A stretch of 58,278 nucleotides of DNA, filler included, from Basidiobolus ranarum (taxonomy: Eukaryota), in assembly GCA_040143965.1 (NCBI GenBank). It is 9 parts of 9 records of this genome, joined end to end, with 100 filler letters (N's around TTAATTAATTAA, not from the genome) between each part and the next. Parts side by side here need not be neighbours in the genome. Positions count along the whole stretch, not along the records: positions 32,454 to 38,838 come from JASJQH010008205.1; positions 38,939 to 45,322 come from JASJQH010008206.1; positions 45,423 to 51,802 come from JASJQH010008207.1; positions 51,903 to 58,278 come from JASJQH010008208.1; 5 more parts are not named here. One strand, given 5' to 3'. Position 1 is the stretch's first letter. Every line of letters starts with the position of its first letter. The notes under the pieces are model-generated. The model worked only from the letters and a program-made list of their open reading frames with translations, was not told the origin of the DNA and did no database searches. A program made the translations under genes and the position numbers. Positions 38,201 to 52,008 of this stretch are shown here, one piece after another.

Positions 38201-38635
38201 AGATATTTATAGTTAAATACAATTCTGATGGCAAGATAAAAAGGTACTAGTCCAGACTAGTAGCCAATGGCTATTCCCAAACACCAAGGATAGATATGCA
38301 GCAACTTTTGGTGTTGTAGCAAAGTTCAATTCAATTAGAAAGATTGTAGCAATGTCTGCACAATATATGTTTATTACATATCTAATGGATGTTGGGGCTG
38401 CTTTTTTGAATGGTGAGCTTGGTGAAGTGATCTTAATAGACCAGCCAGATAGATATATGGACCCAGCAAACCCTAAAGAAGCTTGCAGACTCTGGAAAAC
38501 ACTCTAATGGTGAACAGATGTATTATCTTGGAATCCAAATTGAGATAAATAAAATTTCTAAAACTGTAGCTTTAAACCTGTCTAATTATATGCTATATAT
38601 ACTTAAAAAGCTTAAAATGAGAGAATGTATCCCTA
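35300..38635 (+). mobile_element. Nested copia family A element: LTR 35300-35646, gag-protease-integrase-partial RT, decayed
   Basis: CDYYKRTDHLSKDC knuckle, YIDSGASKH, LHVPDIAKNLI and PYSPQQDGAAKRANRT motifs plus RT remnants; many stops. Confidence 0.9.
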
Positions 38636-39249
38636 ACAAAAATAAAATCGATTTGATCTGGATTGGATCCATCCTCCAAAATAGCAAAACCATCAGAGAA
38701 CCGTCACAATATTGTTGGCTTGCATTCTGCCAGGGATTTTGATGGTGTGATGGCGGTTTCTTGACAGTATCTTAACAGTAATCATATATGCTAAAATATT
38801 GATCCTCAAATTTGGCATGCGTTATTCAATATCCAGCANNNNNNNNNNNNNNNNNNNNNNNNNNNNNNNNNNNNNNNNNNNNTTAATTAATTAANNNNNN
38901 NNNNNNNNNNNNNNNNNNNNNNNNNNNNNNNNNNNNNNAAGAATGTTGATTCAGCAACGTTAATACAATGGTGGGCTTTGATGGAGATATTGACACAAGC
39001 TTGTGTTGGGTATGAGCTAAACCTTGGGTATGAAGAACTCTATAAAAATGTTCAGGAGAATATATCAAAGAGACTAGGGATTTTGAAGGTGACAAATTAG
39101 TATTCTAGTGGTAATTGTGTAAAATTTGAGTTACATTTTTTGCACATGTGTTGATCCATAGTTCTCTGAGATTTCAGCCAATCATTTGCCACTATTTTGA
39201 CAGATCTTGAAATTTCACTCCTAAAACTGAAAAAATTGATTAAAATCAA

Positions 39250-40480
39250 ATCTAACTTGATGATTTCATGATGGTATGTAAACAGTCAATCCCAAATGGA
39301 TTAAAATTGTGTTGGTTTTCCTACAATAACAATCCTCAAATTTCTGTTATGGTTCTTGGCAATCTGGTGCTAGTTCATCTGGGTTTCCGTATATGTAGGC
39401 CATGTCCTTTGGAACATTTCATGAGACCTAACCAATCATTTCATCCCAAAAATAGTATCTTTCTGCAAAACCTGCCATGGAAGGTCACCTGATCATCCCT
39501 ACATAACTCCCTTTTTATTGGTCCTTGTAGTCCCCAACACCACAACACTTGTACTTGCCACAGGATATTCCCAATTTGGTGAATTATGTTTCACCTTGCA
39601 ATATCTATATAAGCTCCCAGTTTTCCTTGGTCAGACCTTAGTCTGATCAATGCCAGTTGTCAATAATGATTCTTGCCAAAGTATCTTCCCTGTCTAGTCT
39701 TGTCTTGTCTTTCCTTGTGGTTGACATCCAAGTACCCTCCTGCTCTCTAGCCTCTTGTTGTTGTTTCCAGTACTTCTCCAGTTCCTTATTGTGACAGAAA
39801 GTTCTTTCAATGATATCTGATCCAAAAGCCCCTGCTATTCTCAACTACTTTCTACAGTGACTGATACACAAATTTTGTTAACTTTGCAACAAGGTAAATC
39901 CAGAAGGGCATGCCTTTGTGTTTTGGTGATACCCCAGGGAAGAGTAAAAATGGGAATCCTAAGGACACAAGGCAAAGTCATGTTTCCAACTCTGTCAGAT
40001 TCAAGGAGTGAGATCAGGGGAAAACTCACCATGCTATTATTAAAATACTAATAGAAATGACATTATTGTACCAGTGGGAAGCCAGATTGAATGCTACATT
40101 AATTAGCACGTGAAACAATTAATGATCCTACATCAGAGTTAGGCCTTGATTTTCAACTAGGCATTATGTGAGTCAAGAATTTTAGCTGGCCATCAGTTTT
40201 CCATTGGGGACAGTGTATCTTTAAAGCAATCACTAACCTACTTTGATATTATTGTCATATATATGGATAAGTTTGAACTTCAGGAACCCTTTGAAATTTC
40301 AGAGCAATTCCCCAAAGTACATATGCTAGTTGATCAATTCCAGACCCTACCATATTTTAGTATCCCTGTTCAACAATTAAATATGGTATGGGAAAATGAT
40401 AAGATTTTTATTGCAAAATGGACTTGTTCCATTGTGCCAGGACTTATCAGACCTTGGATCAAAATATTAGAGTAAATATG
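39250..40480 (-). mobile_element. Decayed TE debris: possible LINE C-terminal zinc-finger region (~39300-39850) and CACTA-like transposase C-terminus (~40250-40450)
   Basis: Almost CpG-free like the other TEs; weak motifs (YCKV..ILWQ..CW; ILKYGRVWN) on the minus strand. Confidence 0.25.
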
Positions 40481-40895
40481 ATTGAAATTGATCATGCCAG
40501 AGGGTGATGGATAGTGCCAAATTGTGCCGCATGAATTTTAGAATACTTTATCCAATATAAAATATACAGCACAATCTGGCACCATCACAGAGAACAAGTC
40601 CAATGCACATGTTTCTAGTGATATACTGAGTACATCAACTTTGCCATTGTGAGCAATGTGAGAAAAAGTGTTGAAATTTTGTAGATATGTCTGTTCTATC
40701 ACCATTGGGTGTTTGTTAAAGTGAAGCAAGGAGAATTTATTATATTTTGGGGCTCACATTTTAACTTAAATCATTGTATTGATAATAATAAACTTTATGG
40801 ATACTGAATGCAGGTATACCAAATATATGCTTGCTAAAGGCCAAAATGATTTTGACAGAAATAGGTGGAATCCAGAATAATGATTGTGTAAGTTG

Positions 40896-41140
40896 TGTTA
40901 AAGCATTTGGGAGCCTGTTGGAAGTGGTTTGAAGAATCAGAGGAATTGGTGGTTTTCACTTATTGATTTATTGAATAGAGAGTTGACATTTGTAGTTATA
41001 TCAAGATGTAAACAAACTAACGTGTAGAATGTGTTGGGGAAGGTCCCAGGAAGATGTGTGCAAAGTTTGGGGCTTCTAGCACAAGTTTGAAAAATCTATA
41101 TATCTGAGAACTTCTAAGTAAATTCCTTTTGAGGATAATG
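40896..41140 (-). mobile_element. Truncated family A LTR
   Basis: TGTTAAAGCATTTGGGAGCCTGTTGGAAGTGG... matches the other copies. Confidence 0.85.
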
Positions 41141-43940
41141 AATTTTATATGACTGTTGTATATTGATGCTGGAAATAGGTTTGTATATTATAATTTATGA
41201 CATCTATACAAATTGTAACTATGCTTCTAACGCATATAGAAGTTATTATAGCAATAAAAGTATTAGATTTGATATACAAGTATCCATGTGTGCAAAACAA
41301 ATATTTCAAGAAATACTTGGAAGTATGAGCATTATGAATTTTTCTATCAAAATATGAGCTTTCATATCTTGACTAATTAAAATGCTCCACACAATAATCT
41401 TGCAGTTATGTATTTAGTACATATAATTCGTCCGCTATCCTGATTGTTCCAAATAGCTAGCATATTATCAATGTTTATTGATAAGCAGGGGTGTAGACGA
41501 TCGATTCAATGAAACTGTTGAACCATTTGTGGTCTGACCAACGACTATCTTAAAACAGATCTCTAGTTTATCCATCTCAAAATACCACCTCTCTGTCGTT
41601 CAGATGGGTATGATTAGAACCAAATGCAAACAACCCAACCTTAGTGATACTTTAAGTATCCCAATTACAAATGGGCTTTCAACGTGTGACGATTGACAAT
41701 GCGGTAGGTCAATATGAAGAAAAAATATACGTTTCACTTTACTACTGTTGTGGAAATCTGACTCTGGATCAAGCTCGTCGAGCCCTTCCATAACGCTGGT
41801 ATATTCTATAGCTTAGGAAAACCTGAAGTAGTGAATGTCATGAAGTACAGCTGTATTGCCAGTTACTACAAAGAATGTCCATTGATTTAACCAGAAAGTG
41901 CTACATAATGACGCAAGTCTTAGGATTTGACTCGTAAGTACAGTTTGAAACCCGGTAATCTGCTTGTTTAAAGGAAACCACCTGATAAAATAATGAATCA
42001 GAAAGATATTGTCGCTTAAAAATCACGTCATTCAGGTTAAAAAAACTAGAAATAATTTTTTAGGTGCTCTTGCTGGATTTAAAAAGGCTCAAAAGCAGCT
42101 ATATTTCTTTCTGGTATTTATGGAGAGTTGTTATGAGTTTAGTTTTTAGTCAACAATATGACTACTGTAGCGGAGCATGCACCCATACGCCGCCAGAGTA
42201 CAGATGGATGACTTATCTTATGATGAAGTTATGTTTGAGCTCACCGTGGATATTCACGAAACGAAGTGAGCTTATCTTGACTGAGCAGGGATGGCATTTG
42301 ATAAGACAATCGGTAGTGAAGATCAATATTCACAGCCCAGTTTCTAGCAGAGATCTCTTTTGGTCATTAATCGACCGCCTCTTTACTTGTATTACGCTCT
42401 TGTAGGTCAATGCTTGTATTAGCTAGATTTAATGTAGAATATACTATGCTAATTTTCTCGGGCAACAGAGAAAATAAGAAATCTGAGGTCGGCAGCGCTA
42501 GTTACCAACCTGAAGAATCAAAAACGTATATACTCTCAGTATGATAAGAAATCACATGATTAATGAACCAGTGTTTTGTTGCATGTGTTTCCAATATTAC
42601 CTCCCCCATTGATGAGCAATGTAATCCCTGGGCACTTGATGTTAATTATTACATATGCATTCTACGTGTTGAAGCATCTTGCATACATGTCTCCCTTGCC
42701 CCAATATGGGCTAAGTTCGAGAAAAGCACGTTGATAGCTGTTGAACATGATTGAAGTCATTGTTACTAACTTTGAATATGCCTATTCCACACGAAGAACA
42801 TCCAACTTGTTTGCTCTTTAGCTTACATCGCCGACACTCCTCGCATAATCTATGCATAAAGCCTTGCTATGATTTAGAGTTATCTATCAAGTTGGTTATA
42901 CCCCGTTCAACATTGAATAGTGGCTCAGTATTGACGGGTTAGCCACGTTACGATCATTTTGGTCATCCAAATGGAATTTTGTGATAACTTGATCTTTCCT
43001 ATGAAGGCTATTGTATCAATACTCATGTGTATCTAAATATATTGCTTTATTATATTGGTAATACCTGACTACAAACAGTAGATGTGAGTACTCGTAGGAA
43101 TAGTCTAGATACGCGTTTCGAACTCAATATGCAGCCTTTGTTTTGAGCGGTGGTATAAGCAATTGTCTAGTTTGAACTGGATGGAGGCACTCCATTGAAA
43201 GATAGAGATACAGGCAGCAAGTACAGACACACCGCGATAGCCTCTGTTTCATAATTCACTTTTCTTTCCGTCGATGCCCTTGGTTGGATCAACGGTTGGT
43301 TTGTGAAGCTATGTGTTACGATGTTTTGATGTCTGGGGCTGTAGGGTAGGAACAGAAGCCCCAATTCACTGAGCACATTTTTGTGTACACGACTTTCTAG
43401 CCAATCAATTCACCTAAAGTCTATCCATACCGCTTTGAGCTAATTTTGTTTGGAATACGAGAGCAAAGGTTCCCATTAAAATAGAGATTAATATATTCAA
43501 TGCAAAAAAGCGAATTGATATGTGCATCAAACATACGATGGCTTGTACCTAAACATCCTGGAGTAATTGAGAACGAGGAAGGTAAACAATGGGGCCAATC
43601 GACTCACCACGTAAATGTTAGAATAGTGGAGTTTCAAGTACATTCCTGTAGACACAAGTTTGTGAGCATATACTCAGGCCTTATATCTTTAACAGGTCGT
43701 GCGTCGAATGATCTTTTCTCTACTAAATCTTGTCATCAAAGAGTTCTTATAGACCATTTGCCTTTGTCCTTAGCTATATAATTAACTCTTCAATATACCA
43801 TAGTGATTCAAGTGTGACAAAGTACAAACAGCGCTCAATTCTCCCTTTTGGAATGAGCATTATCTTTTATTAATATCTATTCTACTTTACACGTATAATT
43901 GCCACTTTTTTATCTAAATACAGTCACTTTCTACAATTTC

Positions 43941-45322
43941 ATGTCTCTTCCTAATAGTGAACCTGAAAACTTTCATTACAACCCAGGCAATTCCAACCCG
44001 AATATTCCCTCTACTAGTAGTTCAGCTGATAGCTTGGGAGTTATTGAAAAGAAATCGGCTTCCTCGGAATCCACTACGGTGTATTGTGACTCGTCAAGCA
44101 ATAGTACTGCGCAAAAAGAGCCAGGTATGAAGCAGTACCTTTAGCAATGATTTGATCCTTTCAGAGTAGATCACATATACCAACATTTCTACGTTATGAT
44201 CTATAGAGAGTTCAACTCAGCGTAGACTCACCTTTGAGCAAGCTACAATCGCTTCTGGTGAGAAAGATGAGAATCTAAACTTGGAGTCGGGGCTTGAATT
44301 AAGAATACATCAAAGTTAGTAATTCCTGATTGATTTTATCGTATTAAATCGTTTTCGCTCACACGCTTATACACTCTTCATAAAAGACAAGTATCGTACC
44401 CAAATCAGTAGAACCGTCACTAAGGAAAGCGTCAAACTTGCCCAGGATCAGTTCAATCATGACCCGTACAATCTCGATATGAATCTAGAGGCTCAGGAAG
44501 TAAATTCTAGACCTCACTCTTTGGTAAAACGAGATCGGTATCCCAGTGAGCGTCGCTATCCTAGGCCTAGTAGTGACGCATCAGCAAATATACCAGTATC
44601 CAGGCGAAGTGAAAGACGTGCGGAGAGGAGGAACTTGGCCAGAAATCTGAGAAATAGCCGAAATTTGGCACATTTACCCTCTGGTAAGCGTAGTAGCCTC
44701 CCATCTCTATGGGAGCTATTTTCCAAGTGCGTGACTTTCTACGCCCCCAATCCGCTATTGTCTTGCTGCGGTAAGAAAGATCTACCAAGAGTGATACAAC
44801 TCTTGAACTACTCTATTTTGAGTTTTTCCATTAAGCCATACTATTTTATTGTGTAGGTATGAAAACTGCCGAAGTTAGATTAGCATGGAGAGAAAAGATG
44901 GCACTGTGCACAATAATATTTATTTTATGCTTAGCTGTTGGTTTTCTAACTTTCGGTTTCCAACAAGTCCTTTGTGGTTTCTCTAACAATATTAACCGAG
45001 TCAAGCAAGGAACTGTGAACCAAGAAGATGCCATCATCCACGGTAAAGTATATCAACTTAGTGAGTATGTACACCCAGGGGTTAGTAATGCCATTCCTAC
45101 AAACGGTAGCCTAAGCTCTTTCGCCGGAGGGCAAGACCTTTCATTCCTATTCCAAAATGTCAACGGAAAGTGCAAAGGTGTACTTCGAATTGACTCGAAA
45201 ATCATGGATGCTAATGGGAATGTGGTGAATTATTATCCTTGTGTAGTTCAAAATGCCAGTATTCCAGCCAAACCTCAGAGTAATTTGGAAAATACTGGTT
45301 GCCATTCTACATTAACAGCTAG
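43941..45322 (+). CDS. Class IV chitin synthase (Chs3-like), N-terminal part; cut by the contig end
   Basis: Exons approx. 43941-44124, 44207-44315, 44387-44770 and 44857-45322. WELFSKCVTFYAP.PLLSCCG, AWREKMALC, GFLTFGF, IIHGKVY and GQDLSFLFQNVNGKCKG are characteristic of division 2/class IV chitin synthase N-termini. The catalytic domain is not in the window. Confidence 0.85.
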
Positions 45323-46949
45323 NNNNNNNNNNNNNNNNNNNNNNNNNNNNNNNNNNNNNNNNNNNNTTAATTAATTAANNNNNNNNNNNNNNNNNNNNNN
45401 NNNNNNNNNNNNNNNNNNNNNNTCTGGCAATTCTATACACATGTAATGTGGAGACCATACGTGCTATTTTTGAACAGCAATTCTGGATATACAACTGGAC
45501 AAGACACATTAAGCAGAAGACGAGACACATTAATGCAAAGTTCTCGGCATGGTAGCTATTTATCCCGAAATGGGGCTGAAAAATGCTTATTTAGTTCCTC
45601 TGATTTGTCATAAAAGGCAATGCTATCCCTGATTCCGAGTTCTTCATATAGGTGTCACGTCCGTATATGCCTTTTATCGATCATGTCAATTTATTTATCC
45701 GAACCAATATCAAGATTCCTGATGCAATTGTAAGCTCAGCTATTGCCATAAATATTCTTTTGGATTATAAACAACTACAAAACGTCAGCTAAAGGAAACG
45801 CTGCTGAATAAGGAGTGCATCAAGAACTAGTACAATTCGATACCAAATATGACTTATTAGTCTGTAACATTCAAAACCAATCGCAGGTTGCGAGCTTATA
45901 TTTACTGGCTAATACCATTGCCAGTGTTGACAATATTTGGACAGCGTGCTATGCAGCAACTAGAAGGGCCTAAAATTCATGGAGGTTCCGGGTTTTTACG
46001 GTGCACTTACAAACGACTATCGTTAAAGATAACATCCCAGCGCACAGGTGTACGGATGAAAGTTCATACATTAAACTTTGCGTTTGGTTACAACCAAGTA
46101 ACTAATATGTTATATTACTTCAACATTGAACTTTTCTAGCTTGACGAGCCAACTTATACATACTTTCTTTTTGTGGAACATGAACACGTTACTGAGCCAC
46201 ACCTGAAACCAGATGGATCAAAGTTGGCTATGGTATTGATTAATGGCTATTGATCGATTGATTGATCCCTTCTCGTCTGATAATTTTACCCAAGTTCAAA
46301 TCGACAGTGGATTGGCTTATAGCAATGTACACAAGGATTAGGGTCAAGGTAAACAGGTTCAGATGTTCACTTGTACATAGCTAAAATATAGCTACCCGGT
46401 AAAGAAAGTTCACCAGTTCTGAAGGTAACAAAGATAAGCCAAGTACCTCAACATGATGGCCTTAAACTGGCTCTCAAAAAAAAGTATGCTATCGTTCTGC
46501 TAAAAAAAAATACATGGCCAGATTGACCCGTAAACTGTAGAGGCTTGCGCGAAAGACCGGGTCGGAGTAGGGAAAATATTGAGCAGTCCGTATAATTATC
46601 TAGATATATTGTGATTAAGAATATATTTGGTAATCAGAAAGGAACACATATCTCAAATCAGACTCATAACTCATTAGCCAATGATGGGCTCCCATGGAGG
46701 AAAAATGAAACTCCAAAGCAATTTTTAGTAAAACCACGCTACAAAATTGTCAGGCTGAATGATGAAATGGTCATGTATAACACGAATAAACATAGCATAT
46801 ATCCTAAAATCACAAGTCTATATCCGGTAGCTATCACCTGTCCTATTTACGAAACCTATATAAAGACTAGCAAGTGCCAACTAAAAAATCATTCCATTTC
46901 ATTATCATTTCATACACACGCACTTCGCAACTAATCCGAAGTAATAGAC

Positions 46950-48062
46950 ATGAATACTCTTCAAAGCCTTCCTACTGAGCTCCATTTTCAGGTTCTCACT
47001 TACCTCGACCCAAAGGCACTTTCATGCTTATCCATGACTTCTCAAGAATTCCGTATGAAGTGCTCAGCTGAATATTTCTGGCTTCAATACTGCCGCGAGT
47101 TTGGTGTCAATGGGTTAGGCTCAGGTCCTGTGAGATCATATCAAAAACTTTACACTCAGCTATTACACCAGAACGGTTGGCTTCTTGGTTTCTGGTTCGG
47201 AAACTTCCCTGTTAATGGGGAGTTTGTCAAAACCGAGTGGGACCAAGACACAGACAGCTTAGTTGCTTACCGCATTGTCTACCAAAATAGCGCTACTCCT
47301 ATCGTTCGTCAAAGAATCGATAATCCTCTACCATTACGCATTGAACAATTAAACCTTAGCTCTAGCAAAGAGAAGATTTTCAGTGTTACAATTAATCCGG
47401 AAACTTCTAAATTGGAATACAAATGTGCAAATAATCATGCTGTCGAGCTTTGGAAGCGTCCCTTCCATTCACATGAGGGCAACAATCTATGGACTTCCAT
47501 GGAGAATGAATTCAAAATTGGAACTGATTCTATTAGTCCACCCTCCGACATGGTTCCTTCTGCAGAACGTACTAGTTTCTCTTGGAAGTGCTGTGAAGTT
47601 TGCCATGAATCAGTCAACTTCCACGCCAATAGCTTTATCCCAGGATTAGCCAAGCTTCGTCAAGAGGAGATACAGCCTACAGTTGACAGTCCTATGCAAG
47701 GTATCTGGGCTGGAACTTATGGTATGCATGGTTGTGAGATCTTACTCTTAGATCAAAACCCCAAGTCACATGAAGTTATTGCACGCAAACTCACTGGGGA
47801 TTTGAATATTCCTCGTAGTGAGGTGACCTTCACTGCCAACATGAACGCAAAGCCTGGCAAAACCAACTTGATTGGCTTCGAAGGGAGCAAACTTTATCCT
47901 GGCAAAGGGCAAATTGCCACTTTGGGTTTCTTTGATAGAGCTATGACTGATATTGATGTAATTGTAATTTCTGAAGACGAGATGGCTGTTCATTGGCCTA
48001 ATCTCAACAGAGTTGATAGATATCATCGTATTATTGATCAACAAGGAAAATTGATTTGTTGA
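46950..48062 (+). CDS. F-box protein with an FBXO31-like C-terminal beta-barrel domain, 370 aa, intronless
   Basis: F-box LQSLPTELHFQVLTYLDPKALSCLSMTS; C-terminal GIWAGTYGMHGCEIL, KLTGDLNIPRSEVTF and GKGQIA motifs. Confidence 0.85.
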   Translation: MNTLQSLPTELHFQVLTYLDPKALSCLSMTSQEFRMKCSAEYFWLQYCREFGVNGLGSGPVRSYQKLYTQLLHQNGWLLGFWFGNFPVNGEFVKTEWDQDTDSLVAYRIVYQNSATPIVRQRIDNPLPLRIEQLNLSSSKEKIFSVTINPETSKLEYKCANNHAVELWKRPFHSHEGNNLWTSMENEFKIGTDSISPPSDMVPSAERTSFSWKCCEVCHESVNFHANSFIPGLAKLRQEEIQPTVDSPMQGIWAGTYGMHGCEILLLDQNPKSHEVIARKLTGDLNIPRSEVTFTANMNAKPGKTNLIGFEGSKLYPGKGQIATLGFFDRAMTDIDVIVISEDEMAVHWPNLNRVDRYHRIIDQQGKLIC

Positions 48063-48405
48063 TTACCATCCTGATCTTTGACCTTTGTCCCATGATACCA
48101 AGTGGCTTGTACATATATATCCTGTTAACACATTGTATACATTTAATTAAACGGATCCTATTCTATAATGTTTCATTCTCCATAAGTAACAATGGTTTTA
48201 AAGTTGGATCATGCAATCAGCCGAGTGGCTTACCTGTGTTTCGTATTTTTCACATTTAATTACAGTTGCGTAATAAGTGGTTAAATTAATTCACATCTCA
48301 CATAGATCCCGTTTGACATGCTTGATTTTTGATGGGGTGAGAATCAGCATTGGTCTCACTGTTTAAACATTGACCAAGTGGTCATTGAAATTCTTACCGA
48401 CTTTT

Positions 48406-49979
48406 ATGTTTAAATTATTAAAATCCTCGCTCCGAAAGAGAGCTGACAAAGGGGACCTAATATATCAGTCTCTGACATTGCCCAGTCGGAGTACTGAGCC
48501 ATTCCTAGCCACCCCCTTGCGCTCCAAAAGCGTTCACAGCTTAAGAAGTAATGGAGTTACTTTAGACGAGGAACTAATGGATTGGGTATATGATCGTGAA
48601 AAATCGGAGGATCAGACCATTGAGAGTATGTCAGACATGAGAAAACTAAAAAGAAGGCCAAGAAGGTGACTACTTTTCATCAAAATAGAACCAATTAGAG
48701 CACACTCGTTAAATATTACCTCATCTAATGAATACTGCAGATCTTCTTTTCCACCTCCCATGTTTAAAGGAGGAACACTTGAGGAAGGAAGCGTGGGTGT
48801 ATTGTTCGTACGAGGTAAAGCTGTCTAAGAGTAAGTACTTGCTCTAATAGGCGTTGACCTTAGTGAATTTTTTTTTAGTTCACCAGTTACAATATCGAGG
48901 ACGAAAAAGTAAGATATCATACAGATTGATGGAGTACTATGAGTATGAATTCATTTTGAGCTTTTTATCCAAGGTTATGAAGTGAAGTATCGGCTAAAGG
49001 TTGCCTCCCGAGAATCGGCCTCTATCAATTTATCAGTTTCTCAACAAGCCAAGGATAGCTATGCTACATTCCCAGAAGAAATACTTTTATTGTAAGCGAC
49101 TGAGCAGAACATATATTTTGATGGATACGCTTGATACTCATTGATTTGAACTTAGTGAAGTAGACCGTTCCTTCTCCATCCATTTGGAGTTAATTGCTCT
49201 CAGAGAGACCGGAACTTCCTCAGCAGGTCTGATACGCAAACTCAACAAGCGAGATCAATTTCCAGCCAAAATCAGCTCTTTGAATTTGAGTTTCCCTTTG
49301 GCCAATCTAACCAAAACCACGGAGACATATATTTTGAACTGTGACAATGAGTTGGAGATCAAATCAGCCGAAGCAATATTGACAATTGGAGTATACATCG
49401 TGAATCAACGCCAGTCCTCTCCCACCAAAGAATCCCCAAGTAATTTGGCGGATAGCATAATATATGAGGATTTGTTAACGATATACACGCGTACCGGAAG
49501 CTATATGGTTGGGATGTCAGCAACTCCTTTGTATACACGCATGTTACTAACTATTTCCTACGCTTTTGCAGTCGAAATGGGTCCAATACTACGGAGTTCT
49601 AAAGTCTGGTATGCTTCATTTGTACGAGGAGTCTAATCGAAAGGTACGTCAACTTCTCTTGTCTTTCTTAACAAAACAAAGACTAAGTATCCATTAGAAG
49701 CTGGTATCGATCATTCCTTTGACTCACTTGCTAGATGTCAACACTCGAGACCCTCATCTAGATATTGGCTATTTTGAGCTGGCCTTTAATAAATCCGCAT
49801 TCGAGAGCCCCTCTGAGCTAGATGACGAAGAGTTGCCCCCAATCTGTAAAGTCTATTTGATGGCTGATGACCAGATCAGTCTGCAAAAGTGGGTATTTCA
49901 TTTCCAAGAAACCCAGAAATCCACCTCTCCTCATTATATTAATCATTTCATCAGTAACAAATATCTAATGACAATGTAA
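48406..49979 (+). CDS. Multi-exon protein with a C2-like region and C-terminal PH domain (anillin/Bud4-like architecture)
   Basis: GT-AG joined exons give GVLFVRV..., FPEEIL, YEDLLTIY, KWVQYYGVLKSGMLHLY and VYLMADDQISLQKWV (PH-domain terminal helix). The exact exon structure is uncertain. Confidence 0.55.
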
Positions 49980-50207
49980 ATCCTATTCGCCTAACACTGT
50001 ATCCTATTCATCTGACAATGTTCATCCTGTATATTGACTAAGCATTATCCATCAAATCTTCTGCCAAATCTATTTATCGAATCTGTTCACCCTACCTACC
50101 TTCGCTATAATTCAGTGCTAGAACCAATAAACTTCGTGAATACCAAGTAGGTGTCTTTTTTGTATGGAAGAGATATTCAAACATCTCCCCCTTTCTCTTG
50201 ATTCAAG

Positions 50208-50363
50208 CTTTGCGAAGTGCTAGTAGGCTATATTCAAAGTAGACTTTGCGAAGTGCTAGTAGGCTATATTCAAAGTAGAGTTACAACTTAACCATATCGA
50301 TGAATTTATTGAATGTTGGTAATCATTTGGCTAATATTGGATGTTGGTAATCATTTGGCTAAT
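50208..50363 (+). repeat. Two adjacent tandem duplications: perfect 36 bp x2 (50208-50279) and ~28 bp x2 (~50307-50363)
   Basis: CTTTGCGAAGTGCTAGTAGGCTATATTCAAAGTAGA twice; TATTG(A/G)ATGTTGGTAATCATTTGGCTAA twice. Confidence 0.9.
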
Positions 50364-50864
50364 TAACTCGACTACGCCAAACTTAAGGTAAGCACATTGA
50401 GAATATTGATATTCCTTGTCAGCTTCAGCAAAGTAGCTTTGATTATAGCCCAGCATAGTATAAAAGAAGGCCAAGTACAAAATATCTAGGTCCTGGCCAT
50501 GAATATCTCTGCTTTCCTGACAATTGTTCTTGACTTTCAAGTGAAGTGCATTTATGTGATGTAAATGGGTGGAAAAGTTGTGTACTCCAACACTGGATAG
50601 TTGTAATAGGTCTTCTAAGAAATCTATTCATTATGAATAAATAAAACAAGATGGTCAAATTCTACTTTCCTATAGGATTCTCCTATTTATAAGCTATTTA
50701 GGGTATGTTTTACATGCTAGGGTTATAAGCATACTCACGCAGGAACCCCTGATCTGGATCTCATACCAGTCAAGTATAGTTTGGTATTTATATCTGATTT
50801 CAATTTGCATTGATTTGGAAATATATAACTATTACAAGATGGATTTATAAGAAACATAAAAGAC

Positions 50865-51515
50865 AATAAAGTTACTTGTCATTATCATCTTTGTTACCCA
50901 TATCCTTATATATCTAATTATACTCTATATCACATCTAAGTTACCATTATTTGGTCAAATATTACTTAGCCAGAAATTGTATATAAACTAGATATGTAAA
51001 TTAGCCAATATGGAGCAATATCATCATTTATTGTTAAAGTATTTTGGGAGCCTATTAGAAGAGGCTTGGAGAATTAGAGAAATTGGTGGTTGTAATTTAT
51101 TGATTCATAGAGTTGAAAGTAGACATTGATAGTTTTGTCAAGAAGTAAGCATACAAGCATGTAGAATGTGCTAACAAAGACCCCAGTAGTTTGTGTACAT
51201 AGTTTGGGACTTCAAACACAGGTTCAAAAATCTATATATCTGCAAGCTTTTGAGTTGATAAAAATATTCCAAGTCAATTTCAATCGATAATTATTGGGAA
51301 AATGTGGGCTGTTTGGAGGAACTTTAGAAAAGTGGAGTTGTGAATAGCTTTGTGAGATAATTATTTATTGTCCAGAAATAAAGCATTTATACATTTTGAT
51401 GGAAATACCAAAAACTAACACTGGGGTTGTGTTCAGAACATCTGTGGGAGTAAACTGAGCTATCTTTGGGGCAATTTGCATGAGTTTGAAATTTCCAATA
51501 TGGAATTGCTAATTC
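50865..51515. mobile_element. Nested repeats: family D (+, ~50865-51030), family A LTR (-, 51032-51290), family C (+, 51293-51515)
   Basis: Each part aligns by eye to copies at 390-535, 1171-1517 and 159-386 respectively. Confidence 0.75.
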
Positions 51516-51533
51516 TTAGGGTTAGGGTTAGGG
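51516..51533 (+). repeat. Interstitial telomeric repeat (TTAGGG)3
   Basis: TTAGGGTTAGGGTTAGGG, read directly from the sequence. Confidence 0.85.
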
Positions 51534-52008
51534 GGATGAAAAGCACCAGATGGTGTAGACTTTATTTAGCTTAAATACTAATCTAAACAAAGTGACAATT
51601 AAGAAATCAATCTTTTAACATATTGTGACAATACTGGATCATATCCATACTTAACCTGATGACCAATGTAATCAAGCTCAGAGGATGTAAATATAGTGTT
51701 AAGGGGCAAAGGTGGTAAGCAGAAAGGAAGGTACTCAGTGCAAACCAGATGGACAATAGGACAAAAACCTGGAATAATGGGAATTAAGAAAGGTGTCTTG
51801 GANNNNNNNNNNNNNNNNNNNNNNNNNNNNNNNNNNNNNNNNNNNNTTAATTAATTAANNNNNNNNNNNNNNNNNNNNNNNNNNNNNNNNNNNNNNNNNN
51901 NNTTATACCTTGTGAATGAATACCTGGCTCTTAGGAGATCTTTTCTGTCTCTATGCCCATCATCTCTCTCATGTAAACTATCTTTATGACTTCACATGCA
52001 CCAGTAAT

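Noticed and set aside
41160..43800. Numerous 60-110 aa ORFs upstream of the chitin synthase
   Set aside because: No domain motifs or consistent splice pattern; consistent with chance ORFs in intergenic DNA.
50208..50363. 36-bp repeats as a CRISPR array
   Set aside because: Only two copies, directly adjacent with no spacer, in eukaryotic DNA with no cas genes; these are simple tandem duplications.
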